Shown: in pieces, positions 53,892-61,966 of the stretch
How positions within the stretch are numbered: position 1 is the first letter of the stretch
Layout of the letters: the number at the start of each line of letters is the position of its first letter
Program-made: the position numbers and the translations under genes
Notes under the pieces: model-generated
The model's database searches: none
The model's input: only the letters and a program-made list of their open reading frames with translations
Told to the model about the DNA's origin: nothing
From: Acidimicrobiales bacterium
Lineage (GTDB): Bacteria > Actinomycetota > Acidimicrobiia > Acidimicrobiales > JAJPHD01
Assembly (NCBI GenBank): GCA_050744225.1
Contig: JBOGGT010000076.1
Location: 63,503 to 127,502 of the forward strand
Direction of reading: 5' to 3'
DNA length: 64,000 nt

Positions 53892-54713
53892 CTAGCTGCT
53901 CGATGCCGGGTTACGCACACCCCCGCGATGGTGGCGGTGAGCATCCCAGGTCCGTCCAACCGCGTAGGCAAGCCCACCGAAGCTCCCTATGAAGAACCCG
54001 ACCGGAAGGTTGGAGACAAACGAGATCGCGATGGATGCCCACACCGTTGCCAAAGCGATTGCGACAGACCAAGCCATGGCCAGCCCGGGACGGCTGGTGA
54101 ACGAGCGGGCCGCGGCCGGGGGGCTGATCAGGAGGCTGAAGGTGAGGAGGGTCCCCACCACCGGGACCGCAGCAGCGGTGGTCAGGGCGATCACCAACAG
54201 CAGGCAGACTTCCATGCCCTGGCACCGGATGCCTCTGGCCGAAGCCACCTCCGGGGTGATGCCGGACAGGGTGAGCGGACGGTAGAGGGCGAGCACGGCC
54301 GCCGCGCACACCGCGGCTATGAGGGCGGTGGGCAGGAGCTCGGAGCTGGCGACCCCGAGGACCTCGCCGAACAGCAGGGAGTAGATCTCTGGCGCGTACT
54401 CGGTGGTCATGGACGCAAAGAGGGCTCCAAGCCCGAGCATGGCCACGACCGCGAGCGCTGCGGCCACGTCGCGCCGCCCTCGCCTTCCAAGTGCGCCGAT
54501 GCCCAGCGCCCCGAGCAACGCGAACACCCCGAGGCCAACGATTGCGTTCACCCCCACCAGGGCCGCCCCGGCCGCTCCGGCGAACGCCCCGTTGGGGATG
54601 ACGTGCGCGGCGAAGGCCGCACCCCGCAACACGACGAAGAACCCCACCATCCCTGCGACCACACCCAAGATGGTGGCCACCTCCCAGGTGTGGAGCATAA
54701 ATCCGGAAAACAT
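53892..54713 (-). CDS. metal ABC transporter permease (TroD/MntD/ZnuB-like)
   Basis: The internal ATG of ORF 53892..55679 gives MFSGFMLHTWEVATILG..., the ABC-3 family pattern. Confidence 0.85.
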   Translation of the reverse strand: MFSGFMLHTWEVATILGVVAGMVGFFVVLRGAAFAAHVIPNGAFAGAAGAALVGVNAIVGLGVFALLGALGIGALGRRGRRDVAAALAVVAMLGLGALFASMTTEYAPEIYSLLFGEVLGVASSELLPTALIAAVCAAAVLALYRPLTLSGITPEVASARGIRCQGMEVCLLLVIALTTAAAVPVVGTLLTFSLLISPPAAARSFTSRPGLAMAWSVAIALATVWASIAISFVSNLPVGFFIGSFGGLAYAVGRTWDAHRHHRGGVRNPASSS

Positions 54714-55600
54714 CAGGCGGTCGCCTCCTTGCGCTTGCCTGGACCTCGGCGGGGCAGTGCGCCAGCCAGCAGGTAAAAGACAAAGATCAAGCTCACCACG
54801 AAAAAGCTGACCGGCCAGCCCTGGTCGTGGGGGGGCCAGTAGTAGCTGTCGTAGGCAAGCAGGATCCCACCCCAGGTGGCCACCAGGCCGAGGACCGAGG
54901 CGACCAGCATGGCCAGTCCGGTCCGCTTGGTGAGGCGGAGGGCGGCGGCCGCCGGACCGATGAGCAGGGCAGTGCTCAAGATGGCCCCGATGGTCACGGC
55001 CGACAGCGACACCGCGAGCGCCAGGGCTCCGAGGTAGCCGACCCCGACCACGCGGACCGCCACCCCCCGAGCCGCCGCCAGCTCTGAACCGAGGGTGCTC
55101 AGCACCAGCGGCCGGTAGAGGCAGACCACGATGCCCACCGCCAAGGCGCTGAATGCCATCACGACCGGCACGGTCGATCCCGAGAAGGTGAAGATGGAGC
55201 CGAACAGGACGTTGAGGGCGACTCCGGTGGTGCTGGTGACCGTGGTGTCCAGGTACAAGAACAGTGCTGCCAGCCCAAGCGCCGACCCCAGCACGATCCC
55301 GGTGGCGAGGTCGCGCCCACGAGGCCGGCGGATCCCGATCAGCTCCATCACTCCAGCTGCCGCCACGTTCATGGCGACGAAGCCGAACAGCGGGCTGATC
55401 CCGATCAAGAACGCAGCTGACCCGCCGGCGGTCCCGATGTCGGACAGCGAGTGGCCGGCGAAGGACTGCCCCCGCATCACCGTGATGGTGCCCACCACCC
55501 CTGAGACCCCGGCCACCAGCCCGCCGACAATCAGTGCGACGTGTACCGGCGAGCTGGAGAAGAACCCAGGACCGAAGATCCCGACCGAGAAGCCCCTCAC
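54713..55600 (-). CDS. metal ABC transporter permease (TroC/MntC-like)
   Basis: 295-aa ABC-3-type permease. Its stop overlaps the next start. Confidence 0.85.
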   Translation of the reverse strand: MRGFSVGIFGPGFFSSSPVHVALIVGGLVAGVSGVVGTITVMRGQSFAGHSLSDIGTAGGSAAFLIGISPLFGFVAMNVAAAGVMELIGIRRPRGRDLATGIVLGSALGLAALFLYLDTTVTSTTGVALNVLFGSIFTFSGSTVPVVMAFSALAVGIVVCLYRPLVLSTLGSELAAARGVAVRVVGVGYLGALALAVSLSAVTIGAILSTALLIGPAAAALRLTKRTGLAMLVASVLGLVATWGGILLAYDSYYWPPHDQGWPVSFFVVSLIFVFYLLAGALPRRGPGKRKEATA

Positions 55601-56532
55601 TGGCTAGGCCGACGTGGCGGAGCCGACCTCGCCGGAGCCGCCCTGGCTCTGGTGTGGGACCCTTCGCAATGGGCGTCATCGCGCCCTGCCACCACCAGGA
55701 CCCGGCCGTTGACGTGGATGACGTCCACCCGGTGCCCGTACAGGGCGCTGAGGGTCTCCGTGCGCACCACCTCTTCGGTGGTTCCGCTGGTTGCCCGCCC
55801 GGCCGCGAGGTAGATCACCCGGTCCATCGAGTCGAGCAGGGGGTTCATGTCGTGGGCAGAGATCAGGACCGCGATCCCCGAGGAGGTGGCGATACGCGCC
55901 AGCAGGGCCACCACCTCTTCCTCGCTGCGGAGGTCCAGGTTTGCCAGGGGCTCGTCGAGTAGCAGCAGCTTGGGCCGGCTGATGAGGGCGTGCGCGATCA
56001 TCACCCGCTGCTGCTCGCCGCCGGAGAGGTTCCCGACCCGCGCCTCGTCCAGGTGAGTGGCATCCACCGCCGCCAGGACCTCGTCGATGGCGGCGCGGCG
56101 CGCAGCTGATGGCCATGGAATACCCAAGCGGTGGCCGTCCAGGCCCAGCCCGACCAGGTCTCGGGCTCGTACCGGCATGTCGGGATCGAGCGCGAGGGTC
56201 TGGGGGACGTAGCCGATCAGCGGGTTGCGGCGCGAGCGGGGACGCCCGGCCACGAGGACCTCCCCCGATGTCGGGGTGACCAGGCCGAGTATTGCCCGCA
56301 GGAGCGTGGTCTTGCCCGCCCCGTTGGAGCCGATCAGCCCGGTGACCTCACCGGGCCCCAGCTTGAAGCTGACCCGGTGGAGGACCTCGCGTCCACCCAG
56401 CGACACGCTGAGCTGGTTGACCGTGAGGATCGCCGCCGCCGCCGCGCCCGGCGCGCCCGCAGCGGTCGGTGCGCCCGGCTCGACCGCAGCCGTGTCCGGC
56501 CCGCCCGAGCGGGTAACGGCCCGGATGCGCAC
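55597..56532 (-). CDS. metal ABC transporter ATP-binding protein
   Basis: Walker A GSNGAGKTT, signature LSGGEQQRV and Walker B LLLLDEP. Confidence 0.9.
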   Translation of the reverse strand: MRIRAVTRSGGPDTAAVEPGAPTAAGAPGAAAAAILTVNQLSVSLGGREVLHRVSFKLGPGEVTGLIGSNGAGKTTLLRAILGLVTPTSGEVLVAGRPRSRRNPLIGYVPQTLALDPDMPVRARDLVGLGLDGHRLGIPWPSAARRAAIDEVLAAVDATHLDEARVGNLSGGEQQRVMIAHALISRPKLLLLDEPLANLDLRSEEEVVALLARIATSSGIAVLISAHDMNPLLDSMDRVIYLAAGRATSGTTEEVVRTETLSALYGHRVDVIHVNGRVLVVAGRDDAHCEGSHTRARAAPARSAPPRRPSQ

Positions 56533-56534
56533 GG

Positions 56535-57497
56535 CTACAGCTTCACCGTGGAGGTGCGGTCGGCCACGGCCTTGGTGAGGGCGGTCACCTCGGCCAGCAT
56601 CCAGGTCTGGTAGGTGTAGCCAGGGGTGGGCATTGTCTCGTATACCCCCACCACCGGTATCCCGTCGGCCCTGGCGGCGTTGATGAAGCTCTGGGTGAGG
56701 GGGTCGGTGACCTGCTGGTTGTACACGAGCACCCTTACCTTGTGCTGGCTGAAAAGGCTGGTCTGGAGAGACACGTCCTGGGGCGCGGGATCCACCCCGT
56801 TCATTATCTCTGCCTGGAAGCCGAAAGGCGTCAGGTTGTCAGCACCCATCGCTTGGAGCATGTAGTCCGCTACCGGCTCGGTGGTTGCGACCGGGGTCCC
56901 CCCGTAGCGGGCCTTGAAGGTGGCAATCGCAGCCAGCCAGGGCTTGAGTGAGGCAGCGAAGCTCGCGGCGTTCGCCTTGAAATAGGCGGCGTGTGCCGGC
57001 GCCAGCTCGGACAGGTCGGTGGCCATCGCGCCGGCCACCGCACCCATGGTGGTCGGGTTGTACCAGAGGTGGGGGTTGGGGGTGTCATCCGGCAGTTCCA
57101 GCAGGTCCTGCACGTCGATCGACAGGCGTTTGGGGTTGGCCGACGCCGCCTCCAGCTTTTCCATGAACCCGTCGTAGCCCACGCCGTTCTGGATCACCAG
57201 CTGCGCGGCGCTGACCGACTCCGCCACGCGCGGGCTCACCTCGTAGGTGTGCGGGTCGGTGCTGGGGTTGGATTCGACCGAGGTCACGCTCACGTAGCGC
57301 CCGCCGATCTGGGCCGCCACGTTGCCGTAGGTGTTCTCCGCCGCAACTACCGCGATCTTCCCGCCGGCCCCGCCACCCGCCGCCGCACCCCCGCTACCCA
57401 CCGCCATGCCGGGCCCGCAGCCCCCCAGGACCAGGGTTCCGGTGATCGCCAGCGCCAGGAGCCAGCTCTTGCCACCCCCGTACAGCCTCCAGCGCAT
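56535..57497 (-). CDS. metal (Zn/Mn/Fe) ABC transporter substrate-binding lipoprotein (TroA/ZnuA family)
   Basis: The ATG at 57497 is preceded by AAGGAGG. Lipobox LVLGGC. ...NPSTDPHTYEVSP... is a cluster-A-I SBP motif. Confidence 0.85.
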   Translation of the reverse strand: MRWRLYGGGKSWLLALAITGTLVLGGCGPGMAVGSGGAAAGGGAGGKIAVVAAENTYGNVAAQIGGRYVSVTSVESNPSTDPHTYEVSPRVAESVSAAQLVIQNGVGYDGFMEKLEAASANPKRLSIDVQDLLELPDDTPNPHLWYNPTTMGAVAGAMATDLSELAPAHAAYFKANAASFAASLKPWLAAIATFKARYGGTPVATTEPVADYMLQAMGADNLTPFGFQAEIMNGVDPAPQDVSLQTSLFSQHKVRVLVYNQQVTDPLTQSFINAARADGIPVVGVYETMPTPGYTYQTWMLAEVTALTKAVADRTSTVKL

Positions 57498-57610
57498 CGT
57501 GTTCCTCCTTGTCGGCATCCGTTGCAGATTAGTCTATCAGTAATGGATACCAATGCAAGTAAGGATCCGAGGCCCCCCCGGATGGTGTGTAGCGGTGAAG
57601 CCCGTGCAGG

Positions 57611-57790
57611 ATGCACCGGAAGAACATCTATCTCTCCGAAACCGAGCAGGTGGCCCTCGATGCTCGGGCGGCCGCCGAATGGCGCAGTCGAAGCGACCTC
57701 GTGTGCGCCTTGATCGACCGTGAGCTGAACCTCGAAGAGGACGGATGCCAGGACGTACTCCTTTACGAACTGGCGGAGGAATTTGGCTAA
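57611..57790 (+). CDS. ribbon-helix-helix (CopG/antitoxin-like) protein, 59 aa (not in the ORF track)
   Basis: My translation is MHRKNIYLSETEQVALDARAAAEWRSRSDLVCALIDRELNLEEDGCQDVLLYELAEEFG*. It has a beta-strand/helix/helix RHH pattern. No partner toxin gene follows. Confidence 0.5.
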   Translation: MHRKNIYLSETEQVALDARAAAEWRSRSDLVCALIDRELNLEEDGCQDVLLYELAEEFG

Positions 57791-57849
57791 GAGATCGAGA
57801 GCACTCGTGCCCACGACCCAGATCTTCGCATCGACTGAGTGGTGGCTGG

Positions 57850-58095
57850 TTAGCCAGCACCCTGGTCTGCGGAGCCTCTGCCGTCATTGGCCTGCACGTA
57901 GCCAAGTGGGTGAAGTACCCAGTAAAGGTTGAGGTCGAAGCCCCAACCAAAGGCCTTGGGGGTAAACAAGCGGTGATCCTGGGCATTCCACCATCGGGAC
58001 TTGACCCGAGCCACCGTTGGCCGGCGGAAGTCGTAAGGCATCCCAAGTCGCTTCCCCTGGGGTCCGGGGACTGGCTGATCTGTCTGCTTGATCAT
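57850..58095 (-). CDS. small protein with a DUF5808-like motif
   Basis: ...GMPYDFRRPTVARVKSRWWNAQDHRLFTPKAFGWGF... The internal ATG of ORF 57850..58131 is used. Confidence 0.4.
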   Translation of the reverse strand: MIKQTDQPVPGPQGKRLGMPYDFRRPTVARVKSRWWNAQDHRLFTPKAFGWGFDLNLYWVLHPLGYVQANDGRGSADQGAG

Positions 58096-58163
58096 CTCGA
58101 TCACCTCTGACCCAAATCTTACTGGCCCCACCGGGTGTCACACTCGCGTGGCAAGCTGTAGGG

Positions 58164-59231
58164 GTGGACGCTGCCCTCGACCGACCGCTGGCCGTCGCCG
58201 ATCAGTCGGATGCCGGCGGAGGGTCGGCGATGCAGGGGGTGGCCAGCCGGCTGGCGAGGTTGCTCGACGGAGGGGGAGAGCGGCTTGGCGGCGAGGGGCA
58301 CGGCGGGCTGGTGGCCGAGCCCGTCGTGCGCATCGCGGTCCTTCCGAAGGCGGCCCAGCCAGCCGAGGTCTGGGCCATCGACGGCGGTCAGGCGACGGTG
58401 GCGGACGCCCGTTGCGTCACGGTGGTGGTGGTCAGGGTGGCTCGCGCCTGCTGGCGGAACGGCGCGTGTTTCACCGAGAAGGTGGGTCCGCTCCGGCCCT
58501 ACCTGCTCGGCGGGGATGAGCGGCGGGCCACACTAGCGGACCTGGCAAACATCGGACTGGACCTGCCGGCGGACACCGTTATTGACGCCAACCTGCTGCG
58601 GGACGCCGCGGAGTGGGATGCCCTGGCCCGCACCGTCGAGGAGGCCGAGCCTGGTGCGCTGGTGCTCGTGGACGGGGACCTGCGGCCCGACTGGCGCATC
58701 CCCGGAGCCTGGGCGGCGCGCATCCTCGCCCGTGCGGCGGAGCGAGGGGTCGTGGTGGCTGCGGTCACCAAGCACTCGGGCTTGGCCCGCGGCGGAGCGC
58801 CGTTGGTGGCCGCCCTGGAGGCCGAGGCCGAGGCAGATCCCGCCCTCGGGTCCCGCGCCCGGTGGTGGGCGGCGGTGGCGCACACCGGGCCGGGCGTGGA
58901 GCCGCCGCTCAGGGTGGCGGTTGCCCGGCTGGACCCGTCGGCCCGTTTCGCCTTCCGGGTCGACGTCCCCGCCCCGCTCGCCCCGCCCGCCCCGCCCGCC
59001 CCGCCCGGCCTGGCCCAGGTGCTGGCCATGCTGGCGGCGGTCTCCGATGACGCGGCGTTCCCCGGGTATCCTTACCCACTGTCGGTGGTGGACGGGCTGG
59101 CGGCCTGCCCCCCCTGGGTCAGACAGGACGCGAGACTCGCCTTGGACGAGCACCTCGACAAGCAGGGAGTTGGTCTGGTGCGGAGAGAGCGATATTTCAC
59201 GGACAGGCATCGGCTCATGGAGCGGGCGTGA
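58164..59231 (+). CDS. nurA: NurA-like 5'-3' nuclease
   Basis: VWAIDGGQ, LVLVDGDL, VVAAVTKHSG and FPGYPYPLSVVDGLA occur in the order of the NurA catalytic motifs. It sits upstream of and overlaps herA. Confidence 0.7.
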   Translation: MDAALDRPLAVADQSDAGGGSAMQGVASRLARLLDGGGERLGGEGHGGLVAEPVVRIAVLPKAAQPAEVWAIDGGQATVADARCVTVVVVRVARACWRNGACFTEKVGPLRPYLLGGDERRATLADLANIGLDLPADTVIDANLLRDAAEWDALARTVEEAEPGALVLVDGDLRPDWRIPGAWAARILARAAERGVVVAAVTKHSGLARGGAPLVAALEAEAEADPALGSRARWWAAVAHTGPGVEPPLRVAVARLDPSARFAFRVDVPAPLAPPAPPAPPGLAQVLAMLAAVSDDAAFPGYPYPLSVVDGLAACPPWVRQDARLALDEHLDKQGVGLVRRERYFTDRHRLMERA

Positions 59232-60802
59232 GCGCAGACATCGCCCCGAGGGGTCGGCTGTACGGCAAGAACGTGCTGGAGGCGGTGTTCCGGGCCGCTC
59301 CCGACGAGGATCTGTTCCTGGGTGAGCTGTTGGTCGGGGTGGACGAGGTGACCGGGAGGCGCTACCTGTTCCGGGTGGTGGACGTCACCTACGGGTCCGA
59401 GCACCGCGAACCCGGATGGGCCGAGCGGGTGGCCGGGACCATGCTGGCCGATGATGCGGCCGGTGAGACCGGCGCGCACCCGCTGCACGACGCGGGGCGG
59501 CGGACCTACCGGGTGGCTGATTGCCGGTGCCTGGGCTACGTCACGCCCGACGGGACCACCTTCCGCAAGCCCAAGAGCCTGCCGACCCAGTTTTCCCGGG
59601 TCTGCTCGCCCGAGCCGGCTGACCTGGCCTTCCTCGCCAGTCGCATGGGGGACCTGCACGTGGGAAGCCTCCGCAGCGGTGAGGAGGAGGTGGATGTGGG
59701 AGTGGGCATCCCCGGAGAGTCTTTGGCGACCCACCTGGGGATCTTCGCCACCACCGGGATGGGCAAGTCCAACCTGATGCAGGTCCTGTCTGGAGCGGTC
59801 ATGTGCCGCCAGGGTCGCTATGCCCTCTTGCTGATCGACCCCCACGGCGAGTACCGCAAGGCGCTCGGGCGCCACCCCTGGGCGCCAGAGCGGCTGCGCA
59901 CCTACGCCGCGCGGTCCCTTCCAGGGACTTCGGGGCTGCGGATCAGCCTGGGCGAGCTGTCCATCGACGACCTGCGAACCGCGCACGACTGGAGTCGCCC
60001 GCAGGAAGAGGCGCTCTTCGAGCTGGCCCGTCACTACGGCGTGGAGGACCTGACCTGGCTCGCCGAGCTGGCGCGGCTGGACGACCTTCCTGGGTTTCGG
60101 GAGGTGGAGCTGAGGGGGCGTGTGGCACTCAACACCCTCCAGGTGATCCAGCGGCGGGCGCGCCGGATCGTCGGCCTGGCCTGCATCGCCACCGATCCGG
60201 CCGTCTCGGTCGGCGCGGCGGTGCTGCGGGACCTCGGCGACGGGCGGGTGGTACTGGTGGATGTGAGCGGGCTGGGCTCGACCGAGGAGGTGCTGGTGGC
60301 ATCCTTCCTCACCCGCCGGGTGCTGGAGGAGTGGTCCTCGGCGTATCTGGACACGCCCGAGGTGCACGAGCGGATGCCGGTGGTGGCGGTGGTGTTGGAG
60401 GAGGCGCAGCGGGTGTTGGGGGGGAACAAGGACCGGGAGTCGAACGTGTTTCCTCGCCTGGCGCGCGAGGGGCGCAAGTTCAAGGTGGGCCTGGTGGCGA
60501 TCACCCAGCAGCCGAAGCTCCTGGACGCAGAGCTGTTGAGCCAGCTGAATACATTCTTTATACTGGGGTTGGCGGACGAGAAGGACCGCAGCATCCTGCG
60601 GGGCTCGTCCAAGCAGGACCTCTCTGCGCTGGGCCCGGAGATCCAGACCCTCATGCCCGGCGAGTGCCTGCTGGTGAACCTGGCCGCCCCCTTCGCAGTC
60701 CCCGCGAAGATCGACTTGTACCAGGCCCACCTCGCCTCGGTCCCACCCCCACCCCCACCTCGTCCCGTGGCGCCGCCCAACGTGGCCGCGCTGGTGGACT
60801 GA
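59228..60802 (+). CDS. herA: HerA-type (DUF87/FtsK-HerA superfamily) hexameric ATPase/translocase
   Basis: Walker A GIFATTGMGKSN, Walker B VVAVVLEEAQRV, and ...AITQQPKLLD...LNTFFILGL. Confidence 0.85.
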   Translation: MSADIAPRGRLYGKNVLEAVFRAAPDEDLFLGELLVGVDEVTGRRYLFRVVDVTYGSEHREPGWAERVAGTMLADDAAGETGAHPLHDAGRRTYRVADCRCLGYVTPDGTTFRKPKSLPTQFSRVCSPEPADLAFLASRMGDLHVGSLRSGEEEVDVGVGIPGESLATHLGIFATTGMGKSNLMQVLSGAVMCRQGRYALLLIDPHGEYRKALGRHPWAPERLRTYAARSLPGTSGLRISLGELSIDDLRTAHDWSRPQEEALFELARHYGVEDLTWLAELARLDDLPGFREVELRGRVALNTLQVIQRRARRIVGLACIATDPAVSVGAAVLRDLGDGRVVLVDVSGLGSTEEVLVASFLTRRVLEEWSSAYLDTPEVHERMPVVAVVLEEAQRVLGGNKDRESNVFPRLAREGRKFKVGLVAITQQPKLLDAELLSQLNTFFILGLADEKDRSILRGSSKQDLSALGPEIQTLMPGECLLVNLAAPFAVPAKIDLYQAHLASVPPPPPPRPVAPPNVAALVD

Positions 60803-60830
60803 GCCGTGCTGGTGGGCTGAGCCGTGCTGG
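60799..60830. repeat. 14-nt direct repeat at period 18 (ctgagccgtgctgg)
   Basis: Read directly. Copy 1 contains the herA TGA. Copy 2 provides a second in-frame TGA at 60818. Confidence 0.9.
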
Positions 60831-60849
60831 CCGTCGTCGAGGGGGACCC

Positions 60850-61965
60850 GTGCTGATCGCCGCAATCGGGGACGCCCACCTGGGGCGCTCCTACCTGCCC
60901 GCCACCACGCCCGAGGGGGTCAATCAGCGCGAGCGGGACTTCGAGATCTCCTTCGAGGCGGCGGTGTCGCTGGCGCTGGCTCAGGAGCCCGGGTTGGTGG
61001 TCTGGTTGGGGGACGTGTTCGACCATCCCCGCCCCACCTACCGCTCCTTCCGGGTGGTCCAGCGGGCTCTGGCCCGTATCCGGGACCACGGGGTGGAGGT
61101 GGTGGTCATTTCCGGCAACCACGACACCCCCCGCCTGCCCGGGACCGGTAGCCCCTACTCGGCGCTGGCGGACGCCTTCCCGGGATTTCACTTTGCCCAC
61201 CGTCTGGCTTACGAGCGTTTCGAGCTCGCTGGCCTGGTGGTCCACGCGGTGCCCCAGATGATGACGGTGGAGGCTACTCTGGAGGCCCTGGACCGGGCCG
61301 ATCGGGAGCGCAGCTTGGACCGAACCAACCTGCTCCTCACCCACCCACGGCTCTTGCAGCTCCAGCCCAGGTACGCCGACATCAACGAGATCGAGGTGGA
61401 CGCCGGATCGCTGCGCTCTGACCTGGTGTTGCTCGGGCACTACCACGTGCATACCACGGTGGGCAAAGGGATCTGGTATGCCGGGTCCACCGACACCTTC
61501 AGCTTTGCCGACGAGCCCGAGGCGGCCAAGGGCATCGTCGTGCTGGACTCCGACACGGGCGAGTGCGCGCACGTGGCGCTGAGCGATCAGCGGCGCCTGC
61601 TGACCCTGGAGTCTGTGAGTGCGATCGGCATGGGACCAGCCGAGGTCGCCCATGCGGTGCTGGACCGGGTGAGCGCGGTGCCTGAGGGAGCGGTGGCTCG
61701 GCTCTACCTCGAGGGCGTCGACCCCGAGGCCTACCGTTTGCTGGACCTGGAAGCGGTGCGCGAGGCGCACCGGTCCGCTCTGCACGTCAAGCTCATCCCG
61801 GAGTTCACCGGGGTTGGGGAGCAGGTGGAGCTGCCGTCGCTTGACTCGCTGCCCTCCAGGTGGGGTCGCTACGTGGCTGGCCAGGACCTGACCGGCTTCG
61901 ACCGGGAACGGGTCGACCAGCTGGGCAGGGACTACCTGGACCGGGCGGTGGAGCGCTCGGGTTGA
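60850..61965 (+). CDS. mre11: Mre11/SbcD-family DNA repair exonuclease
   Basis: Phosphoesterase motifs IGDAHLG, GDVFDH, GNHD, THP and GHYH, in order. Confidence 0.85.
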   Translation: MLIAAIGDAHLGRSYLPATTPEGVNQRERDFEISFEAAVSLALAQEPGLVVWLGDVFDHPRPTYRSFRVVQRALARIRDHGVEVVVISGNHDTPRLPGTGSPYSALADAFPGFHFAHRLAYERFELAGLVVHAVPQMMTVEATLEALDRADRERSLDRTNLLLTHPRLLQLQPRYADINEIEVDAGSLRSDLVLLGHYHVHTTVGKGIWYAGSTDTFSFADEPEAAKGIVVLDSDTGECAHVALSDQRRLLTLESVSAIGMGPAEVAHAVLDRVSAVPEGAVARLYLEGVDPEAYRLLDLEAVREAHRSALHVKLIPEFTGVGEQVELPSLDSLPSRWGRYVAGQDLTGFDRERVDQLGRDYLDRAVERSG

Positions 61966-61966
61966 G

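Noticed and set aside
53892-55679. A single 595-aa ORF spanning both metal-transporter permease genes
   Set aside because: Only the C-terminal 273 aa (from the ATG at 54713) look like an ABC-3 permease. The upstream part is an out-of-frame overlap of the real permease gene 54713..55600.
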